53,823 nt of DNA from a virus (taxonomy: Duplodnaviria > Caudoviricetes), in IMG/VR virus record IMGVR_UViG_3300044453_000313, positions 1-53,823 of that record, one strand, 5' to 3'. The notes below the pieces were generated by a model. That model did not search any database. It had not been told where the DNA came from and saw only the letters and a list, made by a program, of their open reading frames with translations. Shown here piece by piece: positions 53,142-53,823 of the stretch (its first letter is position 1; each line of letters begins with the position of its first letter). The translations under genes were made by a program, and so were the position numbers.

Positions 53142-53605
53142 ATACTTTCACCCAGCCGACCGACCGCGCATCCGCCATCGCCTTTCTCGCCGAACTGCAG
53201 GCCAAGGGCCTTTCCTATCATCCCGACGACTGCGCCCGCGAGTGCCTTGCAGGCCACGGTCTGACCGCCGGGGCGCTGGACGAAATCAGCGCCAACATGG
53301 CCGCGACCTTCGCCTTTGTGGATCCCTATATCGTCGGGATGGGCCTGTCGCACGGCTTCACGCCCGCCGACGAGGACCAGATCGCCGAATGCGCCGACCT
53401 TTACGAGGGCGAGGACATCGCCTTTTTCTGGCAGTGGAACGGCGTCGTCTTTGCGCAGTTTCGGGACGGCGACGCGGATTATCTGGTGATCCTCCTGAGC
53501 GACGAGCACCGCCTGCAGTGGTTTCATGAAGTCAAGGACGTCATCCGCAGGTTCTGCGAAGAGGAAGGCGTCGAGATTGTCGAAGACGAACAGGGGAGCA
53601 ACTGA
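53138..53605 (+). CDS. Highly acidic protein, anti-defence/DNA-mimic candidate
   Basis: 155 aa; about 30 D/E versus 8 K/R by hand count; GGAG RBS. Confidence 0.7.
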   Translation: MNTFTQPTDRASAIAFLAELQAKGLSYHPDDCARECLAGHGLTAGALDEISANMAATFAFVDPYIVGMGLSHGFTPADEDQIAECADLYEGEDIAFFWQWNGVVFAQFRDGDADYLVILLSDEHRLQWFHEVKDVIRRFCEEEGVEIVEDEQGSN

Positions 53606-53607
53606 TC

Positions 53608-53823
53608 ATGACGCCGACAGAGTTCAAGGAGGCTCGGCGCAAGCTGGGCCTTTCCGCCGCCGATCTTGGCGACATCCTGAACACGGATCCGCGCACCATT
53701 CGCCGCTGGGAGGACGAAAGCGGCACGCGCCCGCCGAATCCGATTGCCTGCCGCGTGCTGGAATGGATGCTTGCCGGATACCGTCCGCCGCAGTTCCCGG
53801 CAAACGACCCCGGCAAGGCCTAG
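53608..53823 (+). CDS. Small XRE-HTH protein (Aca-like position)
   Basis: MTPTEFKEARRKLGLS..DLGDILNTDPRTIRRWE; last gene of the operon. Confidence 0.85.
   Translation: MTPTEFKEARRKLGLSAADLGDILNTDPRTIRRWEDESGTRPPNPIACRVLEWMLAGYRPPQFPANDPGKA

Larger units (their letters stand above)
1..53823. mobile_element. Temperate lambda-like prophage (siphovirus-type), nearly complete
   Basis: Integrase, cI/cro/cII switch, replication, terminase, portal, protease, capsid, tail, tape-measure and lysis genes in lambdoid order; att sites not visible. Confidence 0.95.

Overview
The window is a nearly complete temperate, lambda-like (cos-type, long-tailed) prophage in a high-GC host. The GcrA-like, CtrA-like and Cro-type genes suggest an alphaproteobacterium (inference). 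Order from left to right: tyrosine integrase and Xis-like gene; leftward early operon; immunity region with an AT-richer cassette (GNAT-like acyltransferase, stand-alone PAS-like protein, small ORF, and a repressor lacking a peptidase domain); Cro, a TagO/VasI-like moron and CII; rightward early operon (wHTH, GcrA-like, two DNA methyltransferases, DUF2303, DUF4326, DUF5131, ASCH, PAPS-reductase-like, replication initiator with internal iterons); NusG-family antiterminator, structured leader and cos-like site; lambda-type head genes; a five-gene glycosyltransferase/methyltransferase cassette between head and tail genes; tail and receptor-binding genes; lysis genes; and a right-end accessory region with a tRNA-like RNA and an acr-aca-like operon. 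The strongest candidates for undescribed biology are the putative virion-glycosylation cassette, the GNAT+PAS+non-cleavable-repressor module, and the right-end operator-controlled anti-defence-like operon with repeated leaders. No att sites are visible because the window begins and ends at gene boundaries. All family assignments come from motif recognition by eye, not from database searches.
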